Translations under genes and position numbers: made by a program
The notes under the pieces: generated by a model
The model's database searches: none
Seen by the model: the letters and a program-made list of their open reading frames with translations, nothing else
Told to the model about the DNA's origin: nothing
Shown here: in pieces, positions 1 through 13,085 of the stretch
How the letters are laid out: each line of letters opens with the position of its first letter
Numbering within the stretch: the stretch's first letter is position 1
From: Octopus sinensis
Taxonomy: Eukaryota
Length of the DNA stretch: 64,000 bases
Assembly: GCF_006345805.1 (NCBI RefSeq)
Contig: NC_043005.1
Coordinates: 40,300,001-40,364,000, forward strand
Direction: 5' to 3'

Positions 1-351
1 GCAAGTCCAGTGACTGCATAGGAGCCCTGTTATTAGCTTTTCTTTACTGATTTTTATGATGCTGGCAATAGTGGTGGTGGTGGTAAAAATATTTGATCAT
101 TTCTCGATAATTTGGTACTTCAACACTAAATCACTTTGTCTCAGTTACTATGTAGAACTAAAAATGTGCATTAGCTTGTTTAATTGTCAAGCAGAGCAAC
201 TGTGGTATAAGTAATGGCAGTTCTTTAGTTGTGAGCCTATATTTTTTATTCATCCATTACAAGCTTCTCCCAATGGAAGGAATCATGACGGATAATCAAA
301 AAATATGTTAAGTTGGAGGAACTCTGAGGGTGTGAAATTCAACTCCCATGA

Positions 352-578
352 ACGCTCATCATCATCATTATCATTTAAAGTTCATTTTCCATGCTGGCAT
401 AAGTTGGACAGTTTGGCAGGAGCTAGTATGCCAGAAGACCGCACTAGACTCTACTCTCTGTTTCAGTATGGATTCCGTGGCTGGATGCCCTTCCCAATAC
501 CAATCTCTCTTGAGAGTGTGTTGGCATGGCACCAGCACTAGTGAAGTCACCAAGTAATTTGGAAGACAAAGACTCCTC
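352..578 (-). mobile_element. Decayed interspersed repeat, RTE-type 3' tail or SINE ending in (GAT)n
   Basis: (CAT)n followed by tttaa..tccatgctggcat..ttggac..ctggatgcccttcc; same sequence recurs at ~9708, ~10903 and, best preserved, at 47270-47480. RTE assignment is by recollection only. Confidence 0.45.
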
Positions 579-579
579 A

Positions 580-1540
580 TTATTTACATTTGACGGATAT
601 TTGTCCTCATCTTGTTTCGGCTGATATACCCTCCAGCCTTCATCAGGTGTCTTGAGGAAATTTCAAACCTGGGTTCTCATTCCAAAGGTATCTTTCGTTG
701 TCGCCGCTGTAGCAGCAGCAGCAGTCTGTCTACCCTATGTGAAAAGCCTCTCCGAAAAGATACAGAAGATATGCGGCCCATATGACATCAGGACAGTATT
801 CAAAAGTAATACAACACTTTGCAAATATCTCCTTCGAGTAAAACCACCCATAGAAGAGAATATGACCAAGAACTGCGTGCACTCCATACCATGCAGCTGT
901 GGTAGGCGAAACATGCTGCCCCCTCAAAATAAAGGTAGAGAAACATTGCAAAGCTGTGACACGGGGAGATATTGATAAAACAGGTATAGCTGATCATGTA
1001 TGGAAAAATGGAGCCCACCTCCCCCTATGGAATGAAGTTAAAATAATAGACAGAGAACACCACTGAAAAATATGAAAACTAAAAGAAGCAGCACATATGC
1101 TAGGACACAACAACCTCCTAAGCAGACTGGGTGCAGATATGAACAGCATATGGGAACCAGTATTAAAGAAGGATAGGAGATTATTAGATTTATAAGCCCT
1201 AAAATTCACTCCATAATTGCCCATGAGCATATGGCGTAGTGGTTAAGAGCTACTAACCCCAAGATTCTGATTTTGATTCCGGGCAGTGACCTGAATAATA
1301 ATAATGATGATGATGATAATGGTTATGGTGGTGGTGGCAGCAGCAGTGGTGAAGAAGAAGACGACGACGATGACGCCACTGCCGACAATTGTCTTAGAAA
1401 TGAAAACCCAGGTTTGAAATTTCCCCAAGACACCTGATGAAGGCTGGAGAGTATATCAACCGAAATGTGTTAACAAACAAGATGAGGACAAATATTTGTA
1501 AATAATGTACATAATTCCTCATCTCTTAGATATAGAACTG
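580..1540 (+). mobile_element. 5'-truncated Penelope-like element (GIY-YIG endonuclease remnant) with inverted pLTR
   Basis: Frameshifted reading LPYVKSLSEKIQKIC..NCVHSIPCSCG..IADHVWKNGAH..KLKEAAH..WEPVLKK (~724-1195) is the PLE endonuclease C-terminus. 580-690 is the reverse complement of ~1395-1510, and the right copy has an extra ~30-bp tail. Confidence 0.85.
1430..1471 (+). ncRNA. Damaged type-I hammerhead ribozyme in PLE pLTR (second damaged copy on - strand at ~613-651)
   Basis: acac-CTGATGA-a-ggctg..caacc-GAAA-tgtgt; the inverted copy has a perfect stem II (ggctg/cagcc). Stem III and the cleavage triplet appear deleted in both. Confidence 0.55.
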
Positions 1541-2132
1541 AAAGACTCCTCAACTGAGAGGAAGGGTGGTATTGAGAGAGGTGAGTTTGTGCCAGGTGAT
1601 GAAAGCTTAAACTATGATAGAGGAACTGAAACAGGTGTCTTGCTGTGGAGTAGATACATGGCTACCGCAGTTGGGGAGAGAGAGAAAGATGTTGATGTGC
1701 CAAGATGTACCCTCAAGATTGAAGGAGGTGGGTGTAAGTGGGGTGGTACAGAGGATTCACAAGAGTGCAAATGGGGAAAGGGGAAGAGAAGGGTTGCAGT
1801 GAACACTGTATACCAACATTTTGTTGGTATACAGGAAAGAGGGAGTCTAGCAATCACATCTAATGTCTTGAGAAATCCCATCTCTTTTAAAAATCAATGA
1901 GGTACCTTTTAAATCAGTTTTGGAAGAGATGAAGAAGCTAAAGTGACAAAGGTATAATTTGAATCTGAGAACTTTTTACAAAGTATTCACTGCTTTGCCT
2001 GTCACTCAGATACAGTAAGCTGTAATTGAAAAAAGCAGAATAATATAATGAATTCTTAAATAATTTTAACAGAAATAAGTATAAGTTTCTTTTTATTTTA
2101 TTAAAAAAAAATCTTTTCTTCATATTTTTCAG

Positions 2133-2416
2133 GCCTGCTGAGTGATCTGGGTTTAAGGTATTTGGCTGCCAAACTTGGCAAAGATTGGTTTGCAGTTGGT
2201 CTCCAGTTGGGCTTACAACAAGCTGACATTGAAAGAATCCAACTTAACCATCCTTCTGACTCTTTCAAGCAAATCTTTACCCTCTTAGTTCTGTGGAGGG
2301 ATAACAACAGGGGTAATTCCAATAGAATTGCAGAACTACTAAGCGCCCTGGAAATCAGTGAACTGAATGCGATAGTGGCAGAGCTAAAGAAGAAATATGC
2401 CATTGAGGACAGTTAA
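2133..2416 (+). CDS. Terminal coding exon encoding a C-terminal death domain
   Basis: Polypyrimidine tract plus AG acceptor at 2131-2132 (phase 1). Open frame LLSDLGLRYLAAKLGKDWFAVGLQLGLQQADIERIQLNHPSDSFKQIFTLLVLWRDNN..LLSALEISELNAIVAEL..* matches the death-domain pattern (LG.DW..L...LG....I..I.......Q...LL..W). Confidence 0.85.
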
Positions 2417-2707
2417 TCTAGGTGAGTCACTAATTAGATCTTGGATTTTCGTATATGAACAAAACAAAAAAAAAGCATGCACATTCACATATGCATACAT
2501 ATGCGTGTGTACGCTTTTTCCTGATAATACAGTGACAATAACAGTTGGTACAACTGGAATAATGTATAAACACTCTTGTAAAGACATTGATTACCATAGG
2601 CACATTCCAAAAAAATACCAATACTAGAGTTGTTTTTATCAAAAAGCAAGTGTGTTTTCTGTGATGATTTGATTAGCAGTGCTGAGTTTTACAATTCTGT
2701 AAATATT

Positions 2708-2921
2708 CATTTCTATTCTATGCCCAAGGCCCAAAATTTTGGAGGAGGCAGAGGTCAGTCGATTAGATCAACCCAGTATGCAACTGGTACTTAATTTATC
2801 GACCCCAAAAAGATGAAAGGCAAAGTCGACCTCGGCAGAATTTGAGCTCAGAACACAAAAACAGACGAAATACCACTAAGCATTTCACCCGGTGTGCTAA
2901 CGTTTCTGCCAGCTCACCGAC
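2708..2921 (-). mobile_element. tRNA-derived SINE with Deu/Nin-like core (family B), 19-bp TSD
   Basis: Minus strand head gagctggcagaaacgttagc, B-box-like gagctcaaatt, core gtcgactttgcctttcatc..ggggtcgataaattaagtaccag. TSD ttacaattctgtaaatatt at 2689-2707 and 2922-2940. Confidence 0.85.
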
Positions 2922-2934
2922 TTACAATTCTGTA

Positions 2935-3155
2935 AATATTAATAATAATATTTTATAAGCTTAAAGCTAATAAGTGATCACTGTGTATTAACTTAAGAAA
3001 ATAGTCTAATATTGAGGCATATAAAAGCCCTTAGTAGAAAAAATGGGTTTTCTGTATGTGTGGGACTTCAATCCACATCTTTATGTTTTTGTATTAGTCA
3101 ATACATGGTGATTGCTTATAAGTTTTAAGCTTATAAAATATTATTTATCAATACT
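2935..3155. repeat. Imperfect inverted repeat (~65-bp arms, ~90-bp loop)
   Basis: aataatattttataagcttaaa..ctgtgtattaact at ~2935-3000 is the approximate reverse complement of ~3090-3155. Confidence 0.65.
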
Positions 3156-5257
3156 AGAATCTGTTGCATATAGCTTTTAGATAACCTTGAACATAAGCAA
3201 TTTTTCTGTGATGTATCTCATTCTTTTTTATGTAATTAACATCAGAATAACTACTTAGCCTTTCTGGAGAAAGTTGCAAGTTGTAATAGATTAGTGATTG
3301 GTTTATTTAGGAAAATATCAGATCTGTGCTTCATGTGCAGAAATAAGCACCAGTTTTAAAAACACTTTCCATAATTGAGTCAGGTTCTATTGACTAGCAG
3401 TCAGATCGCACTTTGCCATTTTGAAGAAGGAAGGAGACGTTCAATAATGTAAACCCAAATGTATTATTATATTTGGGAAGAGAGGAGAACCATAACTTGA
3501 ATGTCTTTGATCACGTGCTACTTTATCACAGCTGATCTGAATCTAAGCAAAAAATAACACTTTCTTTATAAAAAATGTGACGGCTATATTTTAGCAGAGT
3601 TACTTCCCTTATCATAGCTTCCTTCCCTTGATAATTTATGAACTTGATGGTTTTTCTTAAACTTTTCCTGCCATGACTGTTGGATCGATAGTGCTATAAA
3701 TTATCATACCTTAGTGAAGATGTTTTACATAAATGCTATTCCATTCATTGGTTATCCAACCTTCAATCTGAGAGGTTTAAAAAAATTTTTTTCTTCTTGA
3801 TTTTAGTCATTGCACTGAGGTCATGCTAGGTCACTACCTTTAAAAGTGATGTAATCGATCGTATCGGTCTCAGTACCGATTTCAGTCTCTTGTTTTATAG
3901 ATCTATATTTATTGAATGGCAGGTCTAGTTTTTTTGTTTTTAGAAAACACCAGTTTACACTGGTAAGTGCGCACACACACGCGTTTGCACGTGCAACGCT
4001 TCTAGAGCTCTGAGATATTGCCAGCTGCTTACAGTGGTTGGTGGAAAATCAACTTTCACATTGTACAGGTTAGTAGAGGTTATGACTGTTAGTAGCCAGG
4101 CAGTCATTATGAGTGTTGTTGAGTGCAGTTTATTGGGAATAGTGTAGCATATTGGGAATAGCCTAAATGTAATCTTTACTGGATTCCTGTTAAAGTGGTA
4201 AATTAGTAACTTGCCCAAAGCAAGTATGATTGATATATAAGAGAAATTAAAGTATACTGGAGATTGTGTGGGTCAAGAAGGTAGGGAAAAGCTGGAATTA
4301 AAGGTAGATCAAAAATGGTAACACATGGATGGGGTGTTTAACGCCAGTTCTGTTTGGGAAGGGGATAAAGAAGAAATGGGTGAAAATATCATAAAAAGGA
4401 AACGAAGGGAAGGGGAAAGAAAGATGAAATATTCTCATATAGTAAAGATGATAAAATACTAATAGACAGCTGATCATATTGTAGCTTTGCACTCAAGTAT
4501 GTTTACGACTCATTGTTAATGGTGTCCTCCATAGCTGTGGTTTAGTTTTGTTTTTAATCGAGAAAAAAAAAATTTTTTTTTTTTGCAATGAAATGAGGAT
4601 ATAACAATCCCAACACTTCATCTGGTAAATGAACAAGGCCTATACTCTTTGCAGTTGAGGAAATTGTTGATGATATTTATTCTTCAGATGAAGAGTATAC
4701 AGTTATGCAGACAATGAGCATGATTTGGACAAATTTCTGAAAGAGATGAGAAAAGTAGTGATTTGGGTGAACAAATACAATAGTTGAGAGATAGGTTTAT
4801 TATTATTATTCTTCCGAATTTTTTATGATTCTGTCCATTAGTTTGCCTGCAGTTACTCTTGAGCTGTATATGCAGCTGTTTATATTTTTTTGCTCAGGAG
4901 CCCAGGTGGTAGATAAAGTTAGACACAGAAGCTTATGTCTAAGAGGGCTAAATATGTCCCCACTGGAGAATATTCATGCAGGAATGTTTGCTTGTTTAGG
5001 ACGAATTCTCAAGGCATGGCTGTGTTGGAGCTGCTAGAAATTGAATTTACCTGTGTTGTGTGCTGGCTGACAACACATTTGTTCATTGCCTGTGTATTGT
5101 TGGCCAGTGAATTTATATTAAAGAGCTGTTAGCACATATGGGACAGATCTATCTATCAGGTGAGTCATGAACATTGAGCCACTACCCCCTGTCCGAAGTT
5201 TGTGACAAAATTTCGTCAAGACCGAATGTTTCCTCTCAGGCCAAGCATACATCAGCT

Positions 5258-5661
5258 TACTCTTTTACTTGTTTCAGTCTTTTGACTGTGGCCATGCTGG
5301 AGCACTGCCTTTAGTTGAGCAAATCGACCCCAGGACTTATTCTTTGTAAGCCCAGTACTTATTCTATTGGTCTCTTTTGCCGAACTGCTAAGTTACGGGG
5401 ACGTAAACATATCAGCATCGGTTGTCAAGCGATGTTGGGGGGGGGGGGCAAACACAGACACACAAAACACATACACACATATATATATACATATATACGA
5501 CGGGCTTCTTCCAGTTTCCATCTGCCAAATCCACTCACAAGGCTTTGGTCGGCCCGAGGCTATAGAAGAAGACACTTGCCCAAGGTGACACGCAGTGGGA
5601 CTGAACCCAGAACCAAGTAGTTGGTAAGCAAGCTACTTACCACACAGCCATTCCTGCGCCT
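5258..5661 (-). mobile_element. tRNA-derived SINE (family A), near full length
   Basis: Minus strand head aggcgcaggaatggctgtgtggtaag (A box), gggttcagtcc (B box), CORE-like accttgggcaagtgtctt, internal (TG/TA)n, tail gtaaaagagtaa; second copy at 14886-15246. Confidence 0.85.
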
Positions 5662-6019
5662 ACTCCTGCGCTTGTTGAACTACTATTTGAAGAGGGAGAT
5701 GAGGTACTGCCCTCCACGTAACTTTGTGGTTGGATGAACTCCGTTTTTAAAACGAGGCAAGAGGTTGTTATAGCATTGTACTAGGTGGACAAAGCTGGTT
5801 AGCAGGGAAAATAACTGAAGATATTTCTATTGGGAGTTAGTTGAGAGTATGAGTGATGATGACCTGGAACTGATTCAGGGCATTGATAAGAACAGCCTGA
5901 GTAGTCTCTTTTGGGGTACTTTCAGGTCAAAGACCTAGACAACTTCCAAAAGTCCTTGGCATGGCAGTACTATGGAGGTGAGATTGGGGTGGGGGGTAGG
6001 GCATTGCTTTTTCAAGACA

Positions 6020-6230
6020 AGCTCTTCAGGCTGGAAACACCAACATGTAATATTTGTTTCAGCTTAGGTTCCGAGTTCAAGTACTATTAAAATCAACTCA
6101 TGCCTTTCATCTCTCTGGGAGTGGGGTGGGTTCGATAAAATTAAGTGCCAGTCATGTACTGAGGTCAGTGGTTTTAACTACCACCCCCACTCGCCCACCT
6201 TCCTTCAAAATTGCTGGCTTTGTGCTTAAA
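6020..6230 (+). mobile_element. Decayed family B SINE
   Basis: gttccgagttcaag..gcctttcatc..gataaaattaagtgccag..aaaattgctggctttgtgc. Confidence 0.6.
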
Positions 6231-6904
6231 TCATACATTTATTTATCGCTTTTGTACTTTTTTCTGTCTTTGCAGGACCAACGGTAGACAAGTTAACCAA
6301 GTTAATATGGTGGTTTATTTGGCCATCATTGAGAAGTAGACAGAAGAGAGAGAGAGAGAAAAATGAAGAGAGAGGGAAGGCAAGGGAGGGAAAGGGAAGG
6401 TGATGACTGACACTACTTGTGATTTATTACATATACATGTTTATACACACACACATACTCTCACATGCACACACACCACACACACACACACACACACAAA
6501 CGCGCTCTTACTCTGCCATACATAGTGAGCACATAATCACGATGAATTCAGGTTATATATGCAGCTGTGGAAGACAAGCAAAATTTTGGTTTTTTTCCAC
6601 CAAAAAAAAAAAAACCTGCAAAACATTTTGCTAGAGATTTATTTTTTACAAAATTTTATTTATTTACTTTTTCCTATGATCTTTGACATTTTCTGGGTTT
6701 GAGGAATCCAAATTGGATTTGAGGGTTGGTTATGTGTTTTCCTTTTTGGGATGGAACAATTTTTTTTAAACATTTTGTTTCTTTTCCCTGTTTTTCTTTT
6801 ATTCTTTTCCTCAGTGCACTTTCTGTGCTTGTATATAAGAATATTAACCTGAAGATCAATATTGTATTGTTTTGCTTTCTTTTGATAGTATGACCTTAAT
6901 TCAA

Positions 6905-7060
6905 GGAGAATGGACTGCCAGAATCGGTAGAGCAATGGACTAAATGCCTTGTCATAGTTAGTTACATCCCTTTATGTTCTGAGTTCAAATCCTGCCGTGG
7001 TCAACTTCACTTTTTATCCTTTCAGGCTTCATGAAAAAAAGTTATAGTTAAGTAATGGTG
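6905..7060 (+). mobile_element. Decayed family B SINE
   Basis: ctgccagaatcggtagagc..gttctgagttcaaatcctgccgtggtcaact..atcctttc. Confidence 0.6.
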
Positions 7061-8039
7061 AGTGTATGTGTGTGAATTGAAATCATTATGTCCCTGCCTC
7101 TTTAATTTCTTGCCTTGTTCTGCCAATTGTAGAACTTAAATGTTATGACTATATTTCTGTCAAGCACCATAGAGCAGAGGTACTCTTCATACAAGGCAAG
7201 TATGCCAGCCTATTTCATTTTCTGATTCTAGCCAGTTCCTTTCTTCGTATGTATCAATAATGATTCTCGCATGAAGAGCATGAATATTATAGCACAATCT
7301 CATTTTACTCTTCTCCATTGATAAAGGCCTTCTGCCTATGTAAGCAGTCAATTTAAGGTCAATGTTCTTTCAAGATTTATGAGGTGAGGTGGGGTGGGGT
7401 ATAACAAATCAAACACTGTCACCTGTATAAAAACCAGTGTGTGTGTGTGTGCGTGTGTAGGAGGTGGGTGAGGTACAGATTCTGTTATGTGTTTATGTGA
7501 TTATTAAAATATGCTCTAGTAATGCAATGGTGTTGGGTCACCTGATCATTTACATATGAAGATGATCTAGGAATGGCCCAAAAGAGTAATTAGAAGCATT
7601 ATGCATATCTGTACATTTGTATGAGTGTTGTTTCATTATACATACACACATATATATGTATCTATATAGTTTATATATGCACATACTACATGTATACATA
7701 CATATATATATATATACTACATATGTATGTATGTGTATGCATTCACAAATGCATATGTATATATCAGCATATATATTAAAAACAGTTGTTTTTCAGTTTT
7801 AATTTATTAAACATTATATTTTAGATATTATATAACCTGCTTATAATGCTACTAGAGAAGAGCATGACTGCCACACAAACTTACCTCCTGTCTTCTTATG
7901 AACCAATGTAAAAAAATCAAAATTAACATCATTGTTTTTGTTGCTTTTTTTGTGTATGTGTGTGCTGTTTACTGTTTCCCTCAGAAAATAGAGTTTCCTC
8001 ATTCTCTGTATCCTCAGCAGTTGTCAAGGGCTGTGAGTT

Positions 8040-8275
8040 AGCAAGGGCTGTGGGTTAGTAGATTTGGTACAGCATTGGACTCTGTTTTGGCTGTACAGAG
8101 GCATGTTCCTTTTTATGATTTGATTTCACATCCCACTGAAGTTGACTTTGCCTTTGAGCCTTCTATGAATGATAAAATAAGGTTCCAGTTAAGTACTTGG
8201 CAAGGAGTGGTGTATCAATATAAACGACTGCTCCTTCTCCTATAAATTTGTGGCCTTGTACCTATATTAGAAACG
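8040..8275 (+). mobile_element. Decayed family B SINE
   Basis: gaagttgactttgcctttg..gataaaataaggttccagtt..tggccttgtacctatattagaaac. Confidence 0.55.
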
Positions 8276-9641
8276 AATATTATGATTTGTGTGTGTTAGT
8301 TTTTCCTCCCCCCCCCTTTCCCATTCTGTTAATATTATATGCTTTGGAATGTGATATCTTCAAGTTGTCCAGCCGTGCTTTACCTCCAAAGTGAAGCTGC
8401 TCTATATACACAAAAATCTGTGTGTATGTGTGTAAATCTGTGTAAATGGCTAATGATATCTCGTTCTTTTTTTATTCCTATATGTATGTGTGTTTGATAA
8501 TTCTTGTATCATTTTCTCTGTTTCTCTATCAATTGCTCTCCTTGAATACATGTGTCTCCTATCATTAAACCATTTATTTTTGCATTTTCAAATTGTATTA
8601 TTTCCTCACCCTACTCTATCTCCTCATATTTTTATCTGTCCCTTGCTGATTAAAAAAACTATTGAATCCTGAAAAAAGAACAAGGCTCTTTTAGAAAGAT
8701 TTGAATGAAAGTAATAGTGATACTACCCATAAAAGTGTTTATAATGATAATACTTTGGATAAATTTGTGTGAGACTTGTGGCTTGGTTAATAAAGGTGAG
8801 AGAAAACATTCAGTTTGAAAATCATTTAGGAGAACCATGAAGTTCAGTGTAAAGGAAAATGTTTTCCTCCTGAAATTCCTGCTGGAACTTTTGAGGGTTC
8901 TTTCTTTCTCTTCATCTTTATTTTGCCTCTGTTCTGAGAGGAAACCTTGAAATTTATTGCAAACAAAAGATGATTATTGATTATGGGTAACTATCAGTCA
9001 AAAAAAAAAATGATATGAGGTTGAGGGTGATGATAAGTTAATTTGTGTGAAACGAAAGTGAAATAAATTTCAGAGATGCTTTGCTCCTCACAGAAACTGC
9101 AGGAGCAACTCAGAGGTATTGCAAGCTTTTTAATCTGTCATGATTACCCCATAGCCTGTAGGCTTTGCCTGAGTGGGGCAGGCTTGTCAACAGGGTTTTC
9201 TATTTTCTGTATGTATGCATAGTGTACTACTCTCTCTCTCTCTTATTATATCCTTTGGTTTCTAATGTTTTAATCAATAAGAAATCTTTCTCTCTGTTTA
9301 ATTCTTCCTTTACTTTCTTTGCCACTTTATATGTCTGTCTGTGAATGAATCTCATTCTGTCTCTCTCTCCTCTCTCTCTCCCCCTCCTTTTCTCACTCTC
9401 TCACCATTTTTATGCCCATTACAAAATATCTCTACTGACCCTCTTAAAAGATGTAACAAACAAACACGGCGCCATTTCAGCATTCTCCTTAAATCACTAT
9501 AAACATTTCAGTCCTCTTTGTAAATTATTTCCCTTGTATCTTTATTTGGTCTCTTAACGTGCAATTCTCAGTACTTTTGAGCCCTGGTAATAACATGTAT
9601 CTGCCCAACAGCCTACCTAAGTGTCTCTTCATCTCTTACTT

Positions 9642-9673
<32 letters not shown>

Positions 9674-9707
9674 ATATATAATTATGTGTGTATGCATGCA
9701 TGTATCA

Positions 9708-9950
9708 ATCATCATCATCATTGTTTTAATACCACTTTCTCGTGCTAGTGTGAATTAGGCACAATTCATTGACACAGATTTTCTGTGGCCAAATGACTGT
9801 CCTATCATCAGCCATTACCTCTTTCCAAGAAAAGGTAATACTTCCCTATGGCCAAGCATATTTTCACAGAAGATTGGAAACAAAAGGATACCACTTGTAT
9901 GATAGTGACATTGGTTTATAACTATTGTACAATGTCAGGACAAGTATACA
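9708..9950 (-). mobile_element. Decayed copy of the (GAT)n-tailed RTE-like repeat
   Basis: (CAT)n-tttaa..ctttctcgtgctagtgtg; similar to 47270-47480. Confidence 0.4.
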
Positions 9951-10817
9951 CAAACATATACATACACATACATGCATATTGTTAAGTAAAGTCTTAAAAG
10001 TTAGCATGTCCTTTGAAGGTCATAGGGGAAAAAAAATCACTGACTTTTCATTGGGCTTTATCTCTATAAGTATGGCATATTATGTCAATATGAAACACAC
10101 ACACACTACACACATACACAGACTCCTGGATTAAGTTTGTCTCCTACACAAGAATTAAGCACCAGCCATAAGGATTTTTGAGGCTTGGCTTAAAGGGATT
10201 GAGGAGGAAAATAATTTTTAACTGAAAGAAAAGTGGGTTATGTATTGCATTGTCAACAGTGTTTGTTTTCTGTTGCTCTCTTGGTTTCATTAAGGAAACA
10301 ATACAAATCTAATTACTTAAAATAACTATGATAATAAAGCTGGAGATTGTGATGATGATAACTTTAGGATAATGACTTCTTGTCATCAGACATTAATTAG
10401 ATCAACTTTTGTTTTTCCAATTTTCCAGTACGTCATTGGTATTTACTCTTCATCAATTCTATGAAGTGTGGGAGGTGATGAATAAATAGATAAATAAATA
10501 AAGTTGATTCTGATTGGATTTGAACTTAGAATAGGGAAAAATGGTGAATTAGAACTAGTTAGCATAAATCATTCCAGTCTGATATTGTAATATCTTGTTT
10601 TAGTCTCTTCGGCCCCCCCCTGATTCTTCATAGTTGTGACAGCTATGTGCACGAAGCATAAGACATTTGCTCATTTTCATATAAGTACAGGCACACACAC
10701 ACCACACACTTAAATATTTATTTGTAGAAATAACCCATCCCATGTAGATGGAGAAAATTGTATGATTGCTGAAATTTTACACATGTGACACAGATGTAGA
10801 CACGCACGTGCGTGTGA

Positions 10818-10850
<33 letters not shown>

Positions 10851-10956
10851 TATACACACATAGAAATACACACAGACACACACATACACACTAACGTGTG
10901 TAATCATCATTTAATGTCCAAGTTTCATGCTGGCATGGGTTGGAATATGTATGTGA

Positions 10957-10989
<33 letters not shown>

Positions 10990-11358
10990 TGTATATATAT
11001 ATGAAATATACAGGTTTCATAAAATATGTAGGCATGAGCTGCAGATTTATGTGTTTAGATTTACACACACACACACACACACACACACTCGACTGGGACA
11101 TAAGGGGATGGCAAAACACAAACATCTCCAGTAAAGAAAAAAAAAATATTGGTGATTGCAATGGTGGTGATGATGATAACTAAAGCACTTTCCATCATAA
11201 TCTAAAGTATATAGATCATCTGTGTTTTTTAATCTTAATCTTTGCACTTAAGTTTTTTTCATACATTTTTACACTTTTACAATTAATTATAAATAATATC
11301 AACAAATTTTGTATATTTGCCATCATTGTTGCAAAACTGACAATTAATCAAACTGCCT

Positions 11359-11371
11359 TTATATATTATAT

Positions 11372-11413
<42 letters not shown>

Positions 11414-11464
11414 ATATATATATATATGTATATATAATATATATATATATATAATATAATATAT

Positions 11465-11506
<42 letters not shown>

Positions 11507-11530
11507 ATATATATATACAATATATATATG
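11359..11530. repeat. (TA)n microsatellite
   Basis: Direct observation; similar tracts at ~14455, 17480, 25505, 26015, 29040, 42588, 47190, 51180 and 63213. Confidence 0.95.
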
Positions 11531-12092
11531 TGTGTGTGTATATGCATATATACATATCTATACACATCCCTGCATATCTCTTGTACTCGTTGCTCTTTCA
11601 CTCATACACTTTCTCCCCTCTCAGTCTCCCACCGCCCTCTCTCTTTCCCCTCCAACCTTCTTCATCTCTGTGTGTGAATGTTGTTGCATCTTGTTAATCT
11701 TGTTTATACATATTCTATATTCTACATTTTTTATTACTCCTGCAACAATTACTTCTTCTTCATCTTGATGTTGTTGTTCTTGTTCTATTCATTGCCATTC
11801 TCTTCTCTCTGTTCATATTAAGAAGGAAAAAAAATCATGAAAAAAAACAATCAATTTTATTGCTTCACACATTCTGGAATAATGTGGAATGCTGGTCGTT
11901 TGGCAAGAATGAAAAAAATGTTAAGTTTTAAAAGCTATTTAAAAAAAAATCGAGAAAAAAACCTACTACCACTACATCTCTAAATGTCTTCTAAAATCAC
12001 TAGTTCCCATTGAAGTAAAAGGAAATTCATAAAAACTAATAAACCAAAGGCATTCTTTGACATAATCTCTCTGGAAATTATTATTATCGTTA

Positions 12093-13085
12093 AGGTAATG
12101 AGCTGGCAGAATTGTAAGCACTCCAGGCAAAATGCTTAGTGGCATTTCATCCTTGCTTATGTTCCGAGTTCAAATTCCACTGAGGTTGACTTTGCCTTTC
12201 ATCCCTTTTGGGGGTTGATAAAATAAGTACCAGTTGAGCACGGGGGGGGGGGGGGGTCAATGTAACTGATTTACCCACTCCCCATAAATTGCTGGCCTTG
12301 TGCCAAAATTTGAAATCATCATCGCCATCATTATTATTAAGGCAGTGAGCTGGCAGAATCATTAGCACAGTCGACAAAATACTTTGCTGCATTTTGTCCA
12401 TCTTTTATGATTTTGAGTTCAGATACTGCTGAGGTTGACTTTGCCTTTCATCCTTTTGAGGTTGATGAAATAAGTACCAGTTGAACACTGGAGTCAATCT
12501 ATTTCACTTAGCCCCTTCCCTGAAATTGCTGGCCTTGCACCAGAATGGGAAACCATTAATAAGGCAGTGAGCTTGCAGAATTGGTTGCTCAACAGTCAAA
12601 ATGTTTTGTAGCGTTTTGTCTGTTTATATTCTGACTTCAAATGCCACCGAGGTCAAGTTTGCCTCTCATTTATTTTGAGATTGCTAAAATAAGAATCATT
12701 TGAATTTTGGGGTCACTGTAATCAATTATCCCTTCCTCCACCAAATTTCAGGCCTTTTGCCTAGAGTAGAAAGGATTAATATAATTATTATTATTATTAT
12801 TATGATCATCAATATTGTTATTATTATTATTTCTGATTTACATACAAGGCCTGCAGTTTTGAAGAAGGATGTTAATTTGGTACCATTGATCCCAGTAGCT
12901 TACTAGTACTTTATCAACCCTGGCGGGCTGAAAAACATACTTGAGCTCTGGGATTTCAACTTGGTGTAAAGAGCTGGAACTGAGTTTGTATGCTGGAGTC
13001 AGCTTTGCTTTACATACCAGTTACTTATTGGGGTTGTTGGTATCAATCAATTTCCTCCCCTTGCCTTGTGCCAAGATTAGAAATA
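12093..13085 (+). mobile_element. Head-to-tail array of three family B SINEs plus an inverted and a partial copy
   Basis: Heads aaggc/tagtgagct(g)gcagaa at ~12093, ~12339 and ~12561, each with the Deu/Nin core and ggccttgtgcc tail; - strand remnant at ~12835-12985. Confidence 0.8.

Noticed and set aside
1505-1900. 131-aa ORF upstream of the death-domain exon
   Set aside because: It starts inside the PLE tail, is purine-biased and has no recognisable domain or convincing splice support.
3950-5990. Possible very old LINE RT remnants on the minus strand
   Set aside because: Only faint motif traces (near 5690-5790); too degenerate to call.
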